Source: Octopus vulgaris (Eukaryota). Taken from it: a stretch of DNA of 64,000 nt. Positions 40,993-55,559 of this stretch are shown here, piece after piece. The first letter of the stretch is position 1, and every line of letters starts with the position of its first letter. Under the pieces are notes generated by a model. That model saw only the letters and a program-made list of their open reading frames with translations, had not been told where the DNA came from and did no database searches. A program made the position numbers and the translations under genes. Location: assembly GCA_951406725.2 (NCBI GenBank), contig OX597816.1:99014001-99078000 (forward strand), written 5' to 3'.

Positions 40993-41679
40993 CTATAATT
41001 TAATTGCCACATTTTTTTCTGTTAATGATGTAACACCAGCTTTATTGTGATTTTTGAATGATGTAAAATAATTACAAAATCTGGACTTGAATTTCCAAGT
41101 TGGTGAATATCGGTTATTTGCATCAGTTATTCCAGCAAACATATAATCTACATTCCTAGTTAAACAGGAATTATTAATATATCTTTGTTACGATTGTTGC
41201 ACATGCCAGGGGTTACCATGTTTAGGATCGTTATTATCATATAAGTTAGGTGTAGCATTAAAATTAATTGAACTGGATGATATAATAACATTACTATTAT
41301 TGTTAACCTTACAATTATTACTAACAATAACGGGGTGAATGCAGTTTAACTGGACAAGTGTAGGCCCATCATATTCAATTATATCAGATTTATAGTGGTT
41401 GTCATTTAATACATTTGTACCCGTATAATTATTAGTACTTATTTTCTGAGCATTGACTCCCTCACTACTGTGTACGCGTGGATTGGGTTTACTTATATCA
41501 ACATCATGCAAGCAACTTTAGTAATAGGTTAACGGCTTCTTAAACAGCAGCTCTTTGGTGCTGTTATTAAATTACTTAGGCTCACCTTATCTGATATTTT
41601 CCAGCCTCTCCAAAACAATTTCATTTCTAAAATTCTCCAGTTTCATGACATCTTTAGCGTGATTGACGATTTTTCCTTC
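40993..41679 (-). pseudogene. Relic large exon: 228-codon frame broken only by four TAA codons
   Basis: A polypyrimidine tract and tacag| acceptor precede 41679. ORFs 41587-41790 and 41188-41511 share one frame, which continues QRYINNSC...VAIKL to a TAG at 40995. Confidence 0.5.
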
Positions 41680-41948
41680 CTGTATACATTCAGTAAGAGA
41701 TAGAGAAAGGGAGAGATATAAATAGATAGAGAGAATGAGAGAGGGATTATGTAAATATGTATTGATATAGGAGTGGATATACGTATGCATAGATAGAGAG
41801 GGGAGAGGAGACGGAAGCCCGTATAAATCGCGTAGATCTTTGAGTGAAAATACCTATATATAAGATACTGAGAACGATCTAAATGTGTATACTAAATATA
41901 TATCTATAATCTTTCTGCAGATATACTTCCATGTGCACATAGATCAAC

Positions 41949-42021
<73 letters not shown>

Positions 42022-42517
42022 CATACATACATACATACATACATACATACATACATACATACATAGAGAGAGAGAGAGAGAGACATAGAGAGAAAGGAAA
42101 TGCGTAAGAGTTTAGATTTCACCGTTTTATACCGTAATGAGTGGGGGAAAAGAGAAATCGACTGAGATTAAGCAATTAATAAATTAGATTACTGAAACAG
42201 ACAGCAGCACAGAGAGAACTAAGTTTTCCTGAGAACTATGCTATCCTATAAGATGTTACATTCCACCCACAAGTGCACGGGTTCAAGAGAGGTATTTTTA
42301 CACAGGCAAATATTTTCTACGTTGATTGAAAATTTTATCTATATTATACGATATATATTATAAATAATATAGCTCAATCAGAATATGTATATCTCTTTCA
42401 GAAAATGCTATCGATTTCGTACTCAGCCGAGCAATTTCTCAGAGGTTTTTCCAGAAGAGATAAATCGTACGTGGGAGACGTGAACGCCACATTTTACACA
42501 CACACACACACACACGC

Positions 42518-42595
<78 letters not shown>

Positions 42596-42718
42596 GGAAT
42601 TGGACAAATAAGTATAAGTCGATTAGTGTGTTTAAATGTGGAATAGAGCACCGGCACAATTTAGGCTACCTGTTGTCATCCGCAGTTCTGGTACATTTCT
42701 GTAGGCAGTTAGGGTGAC

Positions 42719-42999
42719 TTAATAGGAGATAGATTTCATATTAACTTTATTAGATACATGTTTCAACCCGTCAGGCTGGGTCTCTTCAGGTACCACGATA
42801 AATATGTCTGGTTACAAATTTTGAGTGTCGGCTGAGTTGCTGTTGCTTTTAACTTCATGAGCATATAGCAACAACACAGCTGCCACTAAAATTCTGTGGT
42901 GAGACATCCTTATCAATCTACCTGAAGAGAGCCAGACTGATGGGTCGAACCGTATGTTGTACCCAATAAAGGTCTAATACGAAATCCATCTCCTATTAA
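42719..42999. repeat. 281-bp fold-back with a hammerhead core and AATAAA on each arm
   Basis: Plus arm: ctgaaga-gagcc..gggtc-gaac..aataaa. Minus arm: ctgaaga-gaccc..gggtt-gaaac-at-gta..aataaa. The interior is also self-complementary. Confidence 0.88.
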
Positions 43000-43197
43000 T
43001 ATATACAAGTGTGAGTGTGAGTGAGTGTGTGTACCTAAAATATCAATGGCTCTGTCAAAGCATTTTTTAGTAAGAAATTACTATGTATTCATGTGTGTCG
43101 GTGTGTGTGTGTGTGTGAGTGTAAACGTATCGGTCTCTTTACAGCACGAACATCGTTAGTCATTATTCATAATAATGCGCAATCTTAACACGTTATG

Positions 43198-43250
<53 letters not shown>

Positions 43251-43264
43251 ATGTATGTATATAT

Positions 43265-43420
43265 AGTTGAGATTTACAGAAAAAAAAAACAAAAGATGAA
43301 GACAAGTCTATGAAGCAGGTGTATTAGTTTGACGCTCGGAAAAGTGTGAAACTCATTTACGTTTCGAGCCTACGCCCTTCAACAGAAAGGAACATGAGAG
43401 AAAAAAATTATAAAATGGGG
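43265..43420 (-). mobile_element. Solo Penelope pseudo-LTR of the same family as the 12730-14690 element
   Basis: gtattagtttgacgctcgg...tttacgtttcgagcctacgcccttcaacagaaaggaac matches 12920-12990. Confidence 0.8.
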
Positions 43421-43531
43421 GAGAGAATTAAAAAAAAACTAAAAAAAAACTGTGAATATAGAGAAATAGATAGATAGATAAATATATACATACATGCAAA
43501 CATACGTACAAATATCAGAAATATATAACAG

Positions 43532-43589
<58 letters not shown>

Positions 43590-43618
43590 ATCTATCTCTC
43601 TATCTATCTATCTATCTA

Positions 43619-43666
<48 letters not shown>

Positions 43667-44161
43667 TTACTTTTCAGCAGAAAATTTTCGATATGGGATA
43701 TTCAAAATGCATATGTTATGTGGAATAGGAAAATTGCATATGCTGTAATTGTATATTTCTCCAGTCTTTTTTTAGATAATGAAATAAAGATTTCATTATG
43801 CAAGGCATATGAGAAACGCCAAAATCGTGCTTCTAATATAAACAGAAACAAATATATTTCTTTCAAATTACTCACATACACAGACGAACTTATTTATGTA
43901 CACACACATATTTATATGTAAACACACACACACATATTTATATGTAAATACACACACACATATAAGTACGTATCCATGTGTAAACACATGCGTATAAATA
44001 TGCATATGTATACATATAGATTGATAGACAGAGACAAAGACGGACATACTGACAGACAGACTAACGGACGGAAGGACGGATGGATGGATGGATGAATGGA
44101 TCGAGATAAGAAGGAAAGGTGAGTGCAGGAAGGAGGGATAGGTAGATAGATAGATAGATAT

Positions 44162-44262
<101 letters not shown>

Positions 44263-44758
44263 TAGTTAGACAGAGTATAGTATAGAGCAGACTTTATTGA
44301 ATCAACTAGAATTACTCCATTCAATGAATGTGAATTATCATTTAATAGGTATTTGAGTTATTCTCAAGTTTATTAAAGTTTTGTGTTCGTACAACATACA
44401 CTTTATTTATACGTCAGTATACTATATTCTCTGAATATGTATCTTCAAGTAGCTCATATATAACTTCTATATTTAGAAGATATGCATGAGCATTATACAT
44501 GTGTGCATGAGTGATTGCATGTGTGTGAGTGATGTGTGTATGTATAGGTATATATGTATTCACTCTCATCTTCCTATACTTTTTATAACTAGATCTATAC
44601 CGTTGGTTTTGTAAGAAGTCTATGTATTCAGTCAGGAATTGGTACTATCAACATCAGAGAAGGACGTTATTTTCTCCTAAAGTATAATGATTATGCGAAT
44701 GTACCACCTGATACATGAACCCCCACCACAGACACACGCACGCACACACACACACACA

Positions 44759-44819
<61 letters not shown>

Positions 44820-44917
44820 GGTTATGTATGCATTGTGTATGTGTGTATGTATATATATGTATACATATATATAAGTATATATACTTATATATATGCGTAT
44901 GTATATGTGTGTATATA

Positions 44918-44953
<36 letters not shown>

Positions 44954-45012
44954 TGTGGGTGTGTATGCTTATATACATATATATGTATACATATATATAA
45001 GTATATATACAT

Positions 45013-45050
<38 letters not shown>

Positions 45051-45326
45051 GTATGTATGTATCTACTAGACATATCTATATACCTACATACATTCTTAGA
45101 CAGTTTTGCTATTATTCTCAGATGTATTTTTTTCATCTACGTGCGATTTTATCTGAATAGATCTGTTGTAATATTTTTCATGGACTGAAAGGAATGTTTT
45201 GAAAATTTTTAAAAAGAAATTTGCACCAATCGCTTTTGAATTAGATTACAAATAATTTTTTAAAAAAAGATATGCATAAATACTTTTATACAGTCATATA
45301 TACATATATGTATGTGTGTGCAGGTG

Positions 45327-45377
<51 letters not shown>

Positions 45378-45615
45378 TACATATATATCGTGTTTGTATT
45401 TCGTTGACAAGATTCTTGTTTCTTCTTGTCTATATGTAAAATCGTGTGTTAAAAGAGACTTTTGCAGCATCTAGGGATGGTCATTATTGCAATAAATATA
45501 TGCACTGGTTCTATTTTATCTTTCTAATTATCATTAGTCAACGAGTAAAGCATTTAATCATTTAACTAGCAAATTGCTTAGTTGTATAGTGAATCATTAT
45601 GCTAGGACTATCAAA

Positions 45616-45800
45616 GTCCACTCATCACTATTCACGACCACAGATGTCTTTCTACTTCTTGTTTCTAGGCCCCATAGTTTATAAATTATTTTCTCACTCA
45701 CATGCCCCTGAGCAGAAATTTAGAATCTGTAAATGAAGAGAAAGACCTGGATACGAGAATGCAGGCCCTTCTGAGGTCATGAATTGTGACGAATGGATCC
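45616..45800. repeat. Old, degenerate fold-back
   Basis: gtccactcatcactattcacgaccacaga approximates the reverse complement of tctgaggtcatgaattgtgacgaatggatc. An eroded hammerhead-like ctgag-gtca..tgac-gaa motif remains. Confidence 0.6.
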
Positions 45801-45898
45801 TGCAGCACCTATTAGATTGATTGATAAAACAATCGATTACATAATATGTTAGTACATTAAATTGTTATATATACACACACTCGCACACAAATACATCT

Positions 45899-45981
<83 letters not shown>

Positions 45982-47143
45982 TGCATGTATGCCTATTTGT
46001 GTGTTTAAGTGTATGCAGGACGACACGCTCTCACTTGTACCAGCCGATTACAATTATTTATAATATATTTGTTTCTAAGAATTTTCTCATTATTTTGAAG
46101 TCTGTTTCATACCAATGAATTTACTCTTGTTCTAGGATAATTTTTTCTTTTGTTTTTGTTGTTTCTTTGCCTGCTAACGCTTTTCTTTTTCTTTTTTTCC
46201 AAATGACCATCAATAAAGGATAAGGTAAATATTTCTTTCTGCATCTTACGCATGCCTTACTGCAATTTTCTGACCAAAACATGAAGATAATTGAAGAGCT
46301 GTAAAATAATGCATGTTGGGGTATTGAAAGCATTTCTTATCCAAGTAGTTAAATACAAACTTCCATATCAGTATTTTATGTTAAATAACGTACAATTTCT
46401 ATGTCGAACGATGGAAGGTATTGCATTAATAAAAGCAAATATGAACGGCAGCAGTTCAATGACAGCTTCTATCTGAAATTGAACTTCAAACCGCTAATGA
46501 TAATATATATTTTGGGAAAGGAGTATTCGTCAATTATGTTTCTCAATCAGCTTATTTTACTTTTTGTCCTTTAGCCATTTACTTCAGATATCAGATCGTA
46601 AAACATATCAGTCATCTTTCTCATGAAATATATTCTATACGTCTCGGTTTCTTCCGCAACAGATGATCAAACTAAACTAGACATTTATGTTACAAATTGT
46701 TTTTAGTCATCTGATGCATCATTCCCATCTCACATCTGTTTTTTATTGACAAATGTTATCGTTCATTCTTTTGTTTACATTTTACTTTCCTATACTACAA
46801 TTTACTTCGTTTCGCCGAGTGTATATACCGCATTCTGTCTTTCTCCCCTGTTTCTCTCTTAATCTGTCTATGACTTACATACTTTCTCTGTGTTGTATTA
46901 TGTAATGTATATTTATCATTTTAATTTTTCACTGGTTTTAGTGATGTCACTACGCCTATGCTGTAGAAACATTTGCATGGTTTCTGTAATCATATCAGCA
47001 CTTATTTCACTCTAATATATACACACTGAGACTCAACAACCATAAGTGCACACAGGGAAATATAAACATATGTGAATACAAACACATATATATATATATA
47101 TTTAACATTGTACATATGTATGAATGTATAGATGTATATATGC

Positions 47144-47174
<31 letters not shown>

Positions 47175-47264
47175 TATATGTATGTATATGTATATATATG
47201 TATGTATATATGTATGTATGTGTATATATATATGTATGTATATATGTATGTATATATATATATG

Positions 47265-47316
<52 letters not shown>

Positions 47317-47453
47317 AATATACATATATGCGAATATATATGATATATATATATATATACGTACATATATTTACATATATATGTGTATATATATATGCAT
47401 ATAAACATTTATACTCTCTCCTTGCTTTCTCTCTCTCTCTATATATATATATA

Positions 47454-47518
<65 letters not shown>

Positions 47519-48283
47519 TGCGATGTCGTTAAGTTACCTTCAGCAAAAAAGTATTCCAGCTAGTGAGAGATAAATGCAATTTAATTTACTCACACCGTAT
47601 GAAGATACAAGGTACCGACATATTTTTAGCATGGAGATACAAGGCGTGTTAAAAAAGGTTGCCTTGACTCTTGTCTCGAAAGCAAGAAACTATTAGTATC
47701 TAGTATCCTTATAATGTGTAAATTAAATGCCATGCACACGACACACACACATACACACTCACACACACACACACATATATATATGTTTGCATATATGTAT
47801 GAATATCTATATATATATCTGTGTGTGTTCTGTGTGTGTATGTGTGTGTGTGCTTGAAGTTTTTAGTGTCTATATTTGTACGTGTATATGTGTGTGTTGT
47901 CTGTGGTATGTGTGCGTGTGTGCTTCTAAATGAATTCCACATAGTTTCTGACAATAAAATTTAACTCCCTGGTTATTGGTGAAACCGAAACCACAGAAAT
48001 AGCCATTTCCTCGATACACCGCGCAGTGTCATCGAACCTGTAGTTAACATTTTATCTAATCAGCATATAACTCATGCAACCATTCTAGTACGAATTAATA
48101 GTTGGAACTGCATTTGTAATTATGCTTTTTTGCTGGTTGTGTGCTGGTGACGGGGTTTTTGCGAGTCCAAGGAAAAGTTCACTAATGTCAGTTTACAATC
48201 CAGACATTTTAAAACAATACATAGGTGGTCCATGAACGAGAAACTTCACAGCATCGGCAATGAATCAATAATCTGGTATATAT

Positions 48284-48329
<46 letters not shown>

Positions 48330-49439
48330 ATGGGGCGTGTAAAATACATAAATGCTTCCTATATGCTGTCGGCCCTAATTCTGTAATGGATTGAGAAGGC
48401 TCGCTATCAAATTGATCACAGTACAACAGTAATTATTATTTTATCGTCAATGAAGTAATAAATCGAAAAAAGAAAAAAGTCATTTTGTGGATTTCAAATG
48501 CTGAGTGTTGCGTGACAAGTGAAAATGATTTAAGCAATATCGTCCGCCGGCGATTTACCGTTTCTGTCAAGTCATAGAAATGTTTATGTACGACATATAA
48601 GAAAATAAAACTCGGTGAGAATATGTCTCTTCTCCTCAACTAAAGTGATATTGATCTGTTATTTAGGCTCCAAATATCTATATATATTTCTCGAGTTCGT
48701 TGAAGTTTCTGTTCTTATTTATGTGCATATATAATAAAAGGAATTTATCTAGAATAAAATACTTTAAACAGTTTTCTCAACAGTTACCAAATATTCTTGT
48801 TGATGTTTGTTCTTCTTAATACTGTTTTGAATTGAACATTGAATTTTTAACTGCATTTTCATTGTCAGTATATTTTTCCTTAATACTAAATCAGTACATT
48901 TCCTAGAATCTCGGACAGGAGAACTTGTAGTAGTCGTTCCGGAGCTTTATGCTTTGAGTTCAAATCCAATTGAAACAACGTTGAAATTTTCAGTTAATGC
49001 TATTAGTTCGATAAAAGGCGGCCGGGTTACCTGTCTAGCCGCTCCAACAAATTTCTCACGTATGTCTGTTAGAGTCTATTATTCTTATTTTACCCCAAAT
49101 AATTTAGGACGGCCTTATACTACAAGAGGACAATTGTCTGATAGTATGAGAAATTTTCCGTGATTATATATAACAGTTTGCATAATATGTAGACAGAACA
49201 CGTTTAGCACATATATATATATATATATATATAATTTACTTTATAATGAGATTATCGTCACAAGACACTCTCTCATTATCATATTTCCTCCTAACTGATT
49301 CTCGATGCATGATATCATTGTGGGATTGGTTTGACACTTTCTTCTGTTTCAAATGCGTCAGGCGCAATCAAAACTTGATTTTAATATTTCAATTATGTAT
49401 AGCATAGTGTGGCTTGCCATAGACGATAAAGGCAAAATA

Positions 49440-49544
49440 CTCTATGAGTAATTTATGTGTGTGTCAACATGGGTGCTAAGCTCTATGAATACCTGCGGAA
49501 ACAGCCACCTATCTTTGCTCGAAATTAAGATGTGGCCGTTACAC

Positions 49545-49587
<43 letters not shown>

Positions 49588-50577
49588 CTTTATCTATCTG
49601 TTATCTATCTATCTATCTAATTATCTATCTATCTCAACTTAAAAACAAAGCTATATGAAACGGCCACTCAAGAAAAAGTAGAAAATGTTTAAGGCCCATA
49701 TGAGCCTTTAAATACTACATCACGAGCGGAAACGGATTTGCCACGATCGAAGTTAGATTCGACAGCGAAAAAAGAGCCAATGACCACTCCACAAATTCCT
49801 TTGAATGTGAAAATTTAGTGATAATCCCGACATACCTTGGTCGTAGGGTCACAAAAATAAAAATAGAAAATGAGCCCCCTGAGATAGAAATAAAATGGCT
49901 TGTGTCTGTCATTTGTTACGATATCAAGGACGAAATCCATATCTTGAATATCGCTGTCCGGGACCAGTAAAATTAGATTGGTCAAGTTGAAATCCTTGAT
50001 CAAATTGATCCGATGAATTTCGAAAAAATTCCACATCAAATCAAACTGCCAGACAATTCGAGTTTGCATGTGACCGTCGAAGGCAGAGAGTCACATTGCT
50101 ACGTTTGTGGTAGCAAAGCACGCCTGAAAATCTATTGCCCACTAGTACAGAAACAACAACAACAACGACAACAATAAGATCACGAACAACAACCACAAGA
50201 AAACCAAGAAAAACGAGCAAATCCAGCACTGCTACCCACACCGCCATATACACAACTAATTAGACAGCTCTACAAAAAAAATGAAGGAACATCAGCAACC
50301 AACAAGCCAGCCCAACCAAACAACACCACCACAAGCGCTACCAAGAACAGAAACAACACCATCACCACCAACAGTACAATTCCAATAAACCTAATCTTTC
50401 TTTTTACATTTTTAATATCTTCTGTGACACACGATCCCTTTTGATCGTTTTTATTTTTTCACAATCCCTTTTGATCGGAATTTTATTTTTCTTCTTTATT
50501 TCTATTTTCAAAAAGAAAAACTCTACATTGTATTTTGTCGCTGCTGTGTTTGGCCCTCTGTGGCAAATAAAGAAACT
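49440..50577 (+). mobile_element. Non-autonomous L1/Tx1-type element (ORF1 relic joined to a 3' UTR)
   Basis: IPTYLGRRVTKIKIENEPPEI...IPHQIKLPD...VTVEGRESHCYVCGSKARLKIYC is a degenerate zinc knuckle. The 3' end is aataaagaa followed by (TATC)n, with no ORF2. Confidence 0.65.
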
Positions 50578-50694
50578 TATCTATCTATCCATCCATCCAT
50601 CCATCCATCTCTCCCTCCCTCCCTCCCTCTATCTATCTATCTATCTATCTATCTATAAATATGTATGTATATACATGTATGACTGCATGTACAA

Positions 50695-50746
<52 letters not shown>

Positions 50747-50794
50747 GAGAGATAGATAGATATACATACATACATACATACATACATACATACA

Positions 50795-50830
<36 letters not shown>

Positions 50831-50849
50831 TATATAATGTCTAATGTTT

Positions 50850-51345
50850 AATGTCGACCTATTTAGCAAGTGTAAGATTGCTGGAATCGAAAGCTTCCTT
50901 AGTTATGCGGTCGCAATTGCGCTGGCCTGGGGTCATGTCGTCAGAATAAGAGACAAAAGAATACGTAAAGTTCTCATGTATAGCCAACTTGATAGTGGGC
51001 AGAAGAATGTTGGTCGATCAACGCTCACATATAAGGACATGCTGAAGAGTAACCTTTCAACAGTCAATATAACTCGCAACAGCTTTGAGCAAGCTTTCTT
51101 GGAGGCAACGGAAGGAAATTGTCGTGTCAAAATTGTATGACTTTATTTCAAATTTAACAGGCTGAGGTGTGCAACACAAAGGAGAGATATAACGCTTGCA
51201 CTGGCCACTAGTCCGCATACTTACAAAATCTGCGGCTTTTTTACAAATCCCTGGCGGGACTCAAATATCACATTCAACATAAGCATCATAGCAGACAAAG
51301 AGTCGGTTATCGTATCCTCATACCTCGAAGCCCCGTTGAGTGTTC
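50850..51345 (+). mobile_element. RTE-clade LINE 3' fragment
   Basis: GHVVRIRDKRIRKVLMYSQLDSGQKNVGRSTLTYKDMLKSNL. Confidence 0.8.
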
Positions 51346-51372
51346 ATCATATCTATCTATCTAACTATCTAA

Positions 51373-51436
<64 letters not shown>

Positions 51437-51537
51437 ATTATATATATATATTATGTTATTTTATATCATATCATATTATATTATTTATTATGTATATGTA
51501 TATATATATATATATATATTATGTATATATATGTATA

Positions 51538-52080
51538 TACGAGAAAGTACCCAAAAGAAACCAGAATTTTGCAATATTATTTTATTTACTTAGATTTACG
51601 TGTTTAAAATTTTACCGCCTTCAGAATATTCTCCTTTTGAAGTAATGCATTGGTCCATACGCAATTTCCATTGTTCGAAACAGCCTTAGAACTCATGCGA
51701 TATGATGCCGTTTAATGCCTTCCTCGTTCTTTTCTTTACCTCTTCCACGTCTGCAAAACGTTTTCCTTTAAGGTATTTTTTCATTCGTTGGAACAAAACA
51801 GAAAAAATTCGCAAGGAGCAAAATCGAGTAGAATAAGCGGGGTCTCACACTCAAGGCGGTGTGCGCAGGCGCATTGTCGGGATGAAACCACCACTCTCCA
51901 CTTTGCCAGATGTCAGAGCATCTTCGTCTCACCGCGCGTCGCAAATGCTTCAGAATTACCAAGTAAAATGTCTGGTTAACAGTTTGACCACGAGGAACAA
52001 ATTCTGTGTGGACATCTTTTGCATTGATGAAACAAATTAACATCGTCTTAACATTGGACTTTACATGACGTGCACTTTTA
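51538..52080 (-). mobile_element. Mariner transposon, 3' half with one terminal inverted repeat
   Basis: EFVPRGQTVNQTFY, WWFHPDNAPAH, LKGKRFADVEEV and CFEQWK.R..CI...GEY. The terminus is TA|cgagaaagtacccaaaagaaaccag. Confidence 0.9.
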
Positions 52081-52107
52081 GGGAGTGGTGAACTCGAGTG
52101 CTTTTCA

Positions 52108-52172
<65 letters not shown>

Positions 52173-52177
52173 TATGT

Positions 52178-52208
<31 letters not shown>

Positions 52209-53509
52209 TATGGATTGATGGATGCATGGATACATGGATACATGCATGTATGTACATATGTATGAGTAAGTATATATATATAATCATATTGTCATGAATG
52301 AATTTTCACGTACTAACTTCGGCTGCTAGTAACATACAGTAGAAAGGAATATTTTTCGAAATTTTAAGGAAAGCACCTTAAGAACTAGTTGATGTAATAC
52401 TTCTTATATTCCAAAGTTGCTGTAGGACATATATTTTTCAGTTATCCACAGTTATCTTAATATTTTTCCCGCAAACTATATTTGGAATAGCCTATCTCTT
52501 GCATTATTTTTATTTTCAATTTTCTTTATAATTTGCATCAAAAATATATAGTTTTGCAATAATTACGAATTTAATTTTTCTTTCTCATTAATATTGTATG
52601 ATTTCCCCGCAAAAAGAAAACTTAATTTATTATTATTGCAGAAAAGCGTGGAAGCAATGACAACACTTCAAATGTATGTCTTTTGCGTTATACCAGAATT
52701 AGCATGTAGTTCTCTATCTTGTTAAAATCTTGGTGAATTTAAATTCACTTCCGTTTAATAAATTAAACTCTAATCATATTTCTAGAGCTTTAAATAACCA
52801 TTCAGCCATTTACGGCTTGCTTCTTTCGAACCGTTTTATGTTGTCTTCAAAACGGTTTGCGTGCCATTTTAGCATTTGTAAATTTCTGAAGCTTTGCATG
52901 TCTATTTTAGTCCACAAATTTGCATATGCATTCATGTATCGGTGCACAATGTGAGAGTTCCCAACAGGAACTATACATTTTGTGTATGTGTGCGTATATG
53001 AATGTGTGCGTGTGTGAGTGTATGTGTAACTATAAATGCTTACGTATGTGTAGATATACGTTCGTGTTTACATAATGAATGGTTTGTTATTGACTTGATT
53101 GAGGGAATGCGAATATGAGAAAGAGATACACAACGCGAAAGAGGGTAAGCGAGTGCGAACCAGGCAGTGTTGTATTCGCAAACGATAAACTTATACCCTA
53201 AATAATACGGGCGTATTCTCAAGATATCCAAATAATTTTAGAAGACTAACAATGATACATTGGTTATTAATGTTTTAGAGAAAATATATCACAAAAATCT
53301 ATTTCCCCGCATTGACTGGCTCTGAAAAAAGAAACCTAAGGACCAAATTGAACAAATACTTCTGAGCTAATGCAGAGCAATATAACCAGTAAAATACATG
53401 TTAATTTTTATTATGTTAAGAGCATCATTCTGTGTTCGCGGTTTAATAGGTACTTGCCAGCGGCTCGATGCACCTAGCTGCGAGCAGGCAATGCAGAATC
53501 ACCATTATC

Positions 53510-53713
53510 AATATTCTTTTCTACTCTGGGCACAAGGCCCGTAATTTTTGAATGCCAGTCGATTAGTACGCAACTGGTACTTAATTTATGGACCCCGAAA
53601 GCATGAACGGTAAAGTCAACCACGGCGGAATTTAAACTCAGAACGTAAAGAAAAACGAAATACTGCTAAGCATTTCGCCCTGCGTGCTAACGTTTCTACC
53701 AGCACGCCGCCTT
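53510..53713 (-). mobile_element. tRNA-derived SINE (family 1)
   Basis: ggcacaaggcc...aactggtacttaattt..gaccccgaaagcatgaacggtaaagtcaaccacggcggaatttaaactcagaac. Confidence 0.8.
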
Positions 53714-55559
53714 TCAGCATTGACAATTGCTTTGTTGACTTTTAAGTAGTCTATTGCGTTTGACCAACATATACTAACTAAAAAACTGGCCGCCATCTCT
53801 ATTCCCAAGTATATTCTGTTTGCGATCTGCATACATGCGTATGAATGGTTTTATTTCTGCATAATCATAAACATCAATATATGGAACAATAGTCAGTAGC
53901 GATATGTGTTTAAATGGATTATATGTGCTTGGACTAACACGAATTGTTTTAGTTCATTGATATTCTATAACTTATGCTGCACTAAGCCATTTCGTTAGAA
54001 AATACTTTTGTGTCTCTTATTTAATTTTTAATGATTTGGATTTCTTGTTTTGTTTATTCATTTATTTATTTTGGTTTTATGCAAGTTAATCGATATTACT
54101 GCAAATATTTTCAATGTTATCCTCATCAATCGAAAGAATAATGTAATTGTTCAACTGTGGAACATATCGAATTGTTGGTTTTGATTTTGTATTTTACACT
54201 GATCTTAAACATTACAACGTTGAGTGCCTAAACCTATGAAACTGCACGATTTTCAACAGTTTCTATATAGTTAAAATACTTCTTCCTGGTGCCTTTTATT
54301 ATTTGTTGTCAATAGTTTAATTTTATCATTGTCGTCAACATTGCCAATAGTTTTATTTTATTAGTTATTCTTGTTAACGTTGTCAATATTTTCAGTTTTG
54401 TTGCTATTATTTTGTGTAATGTAGATTTTGACTTAAGGTTGATAAAGTATTACATGTTAAACTTCAGCTCAACCCGATCGATCAGACCTATGATAACGTG
54501 TTCTATCCGCAACCATCTAGCTTCACCAATGTGACTGATTCCTCCATGTTGATCGGGTAAACAGACTGCTATCGTCTCCAAAGTGTCTAGCGCTCCCAGT
54601 ATAAGAAATCGTTCTTTCCTTTTACCAATCGTAAGAGTTTCTAACATTAATTTTTGTTATGCTTTTCTGTCCTCTGTGTTCAACTCCTTCGTGATCCGAC
54701 TAATTTTATAAGTACTCCTCAACGGAGTCAACGGAACAAACATTGGCATTATATGAACTATACTAGTTAGTGTCAGCTGCTATAAGGATTTTGTAGTAGT
54801 GTGTTCATGTAATTGGAGAAATCTGCATACTAAACAAAAATTTCAATGCTGAATAAGTGATTGTGTGCTGAGATTACTGGACTAATATTTTTACGCTGAA
54901 AACTGTAACAGCGTAATGCAATTTGGTACATTTAGCAAATGTCAGTTGGAACTTATTCATAGAGAAGGTTCGATTGTAAGCAGGATGTCCTATATATAAT
55001 ATGCAAATATGTCTAATAAAATGTGTTGTTCTTATTGTTGTAAAAAGATCTAGAACTTAGTGTACTTCATCCGCCATCACATATTCTTTTTATATATCAA
55101 GGATTAATACTATCAATCAGGCGCTTCCGTTGTTTAAGATGTCAAACTGTATTTGAGTGTGCATTTTCAATGCTTTCTCGGGGTGTCAAGGTATCTTCAA
55201 ACAAGTGTTCATACCTAAATACATACAACAGAGGGGACTCGACAAAAGGCATCTTAAGAGTTTGAAACCGGGTGATAATTAAAGTCTACCACCCATTTAG
55301 GCCACAGTGGGATTTGAACTTAGAACACAAAGAAGCGGAATACTCAAAGGTATCTAATTAGGTGTTCTTACAGTTCCATTAATCCACCGTCCTTAATGAC
55401 CATTTCTTTAACGACGCCAAAATGACGAAATAGAAAGCTGACCTTGACTGAATATCAACTCAGAGGGCGAAGGGTCAAAACAAATACTGCGTGGCTTTCT
55501 CTCCGATGCTCTACCAGTTTATTGCTCTACATAGGAATTTCCTTATGTTGTTTCTCAAG

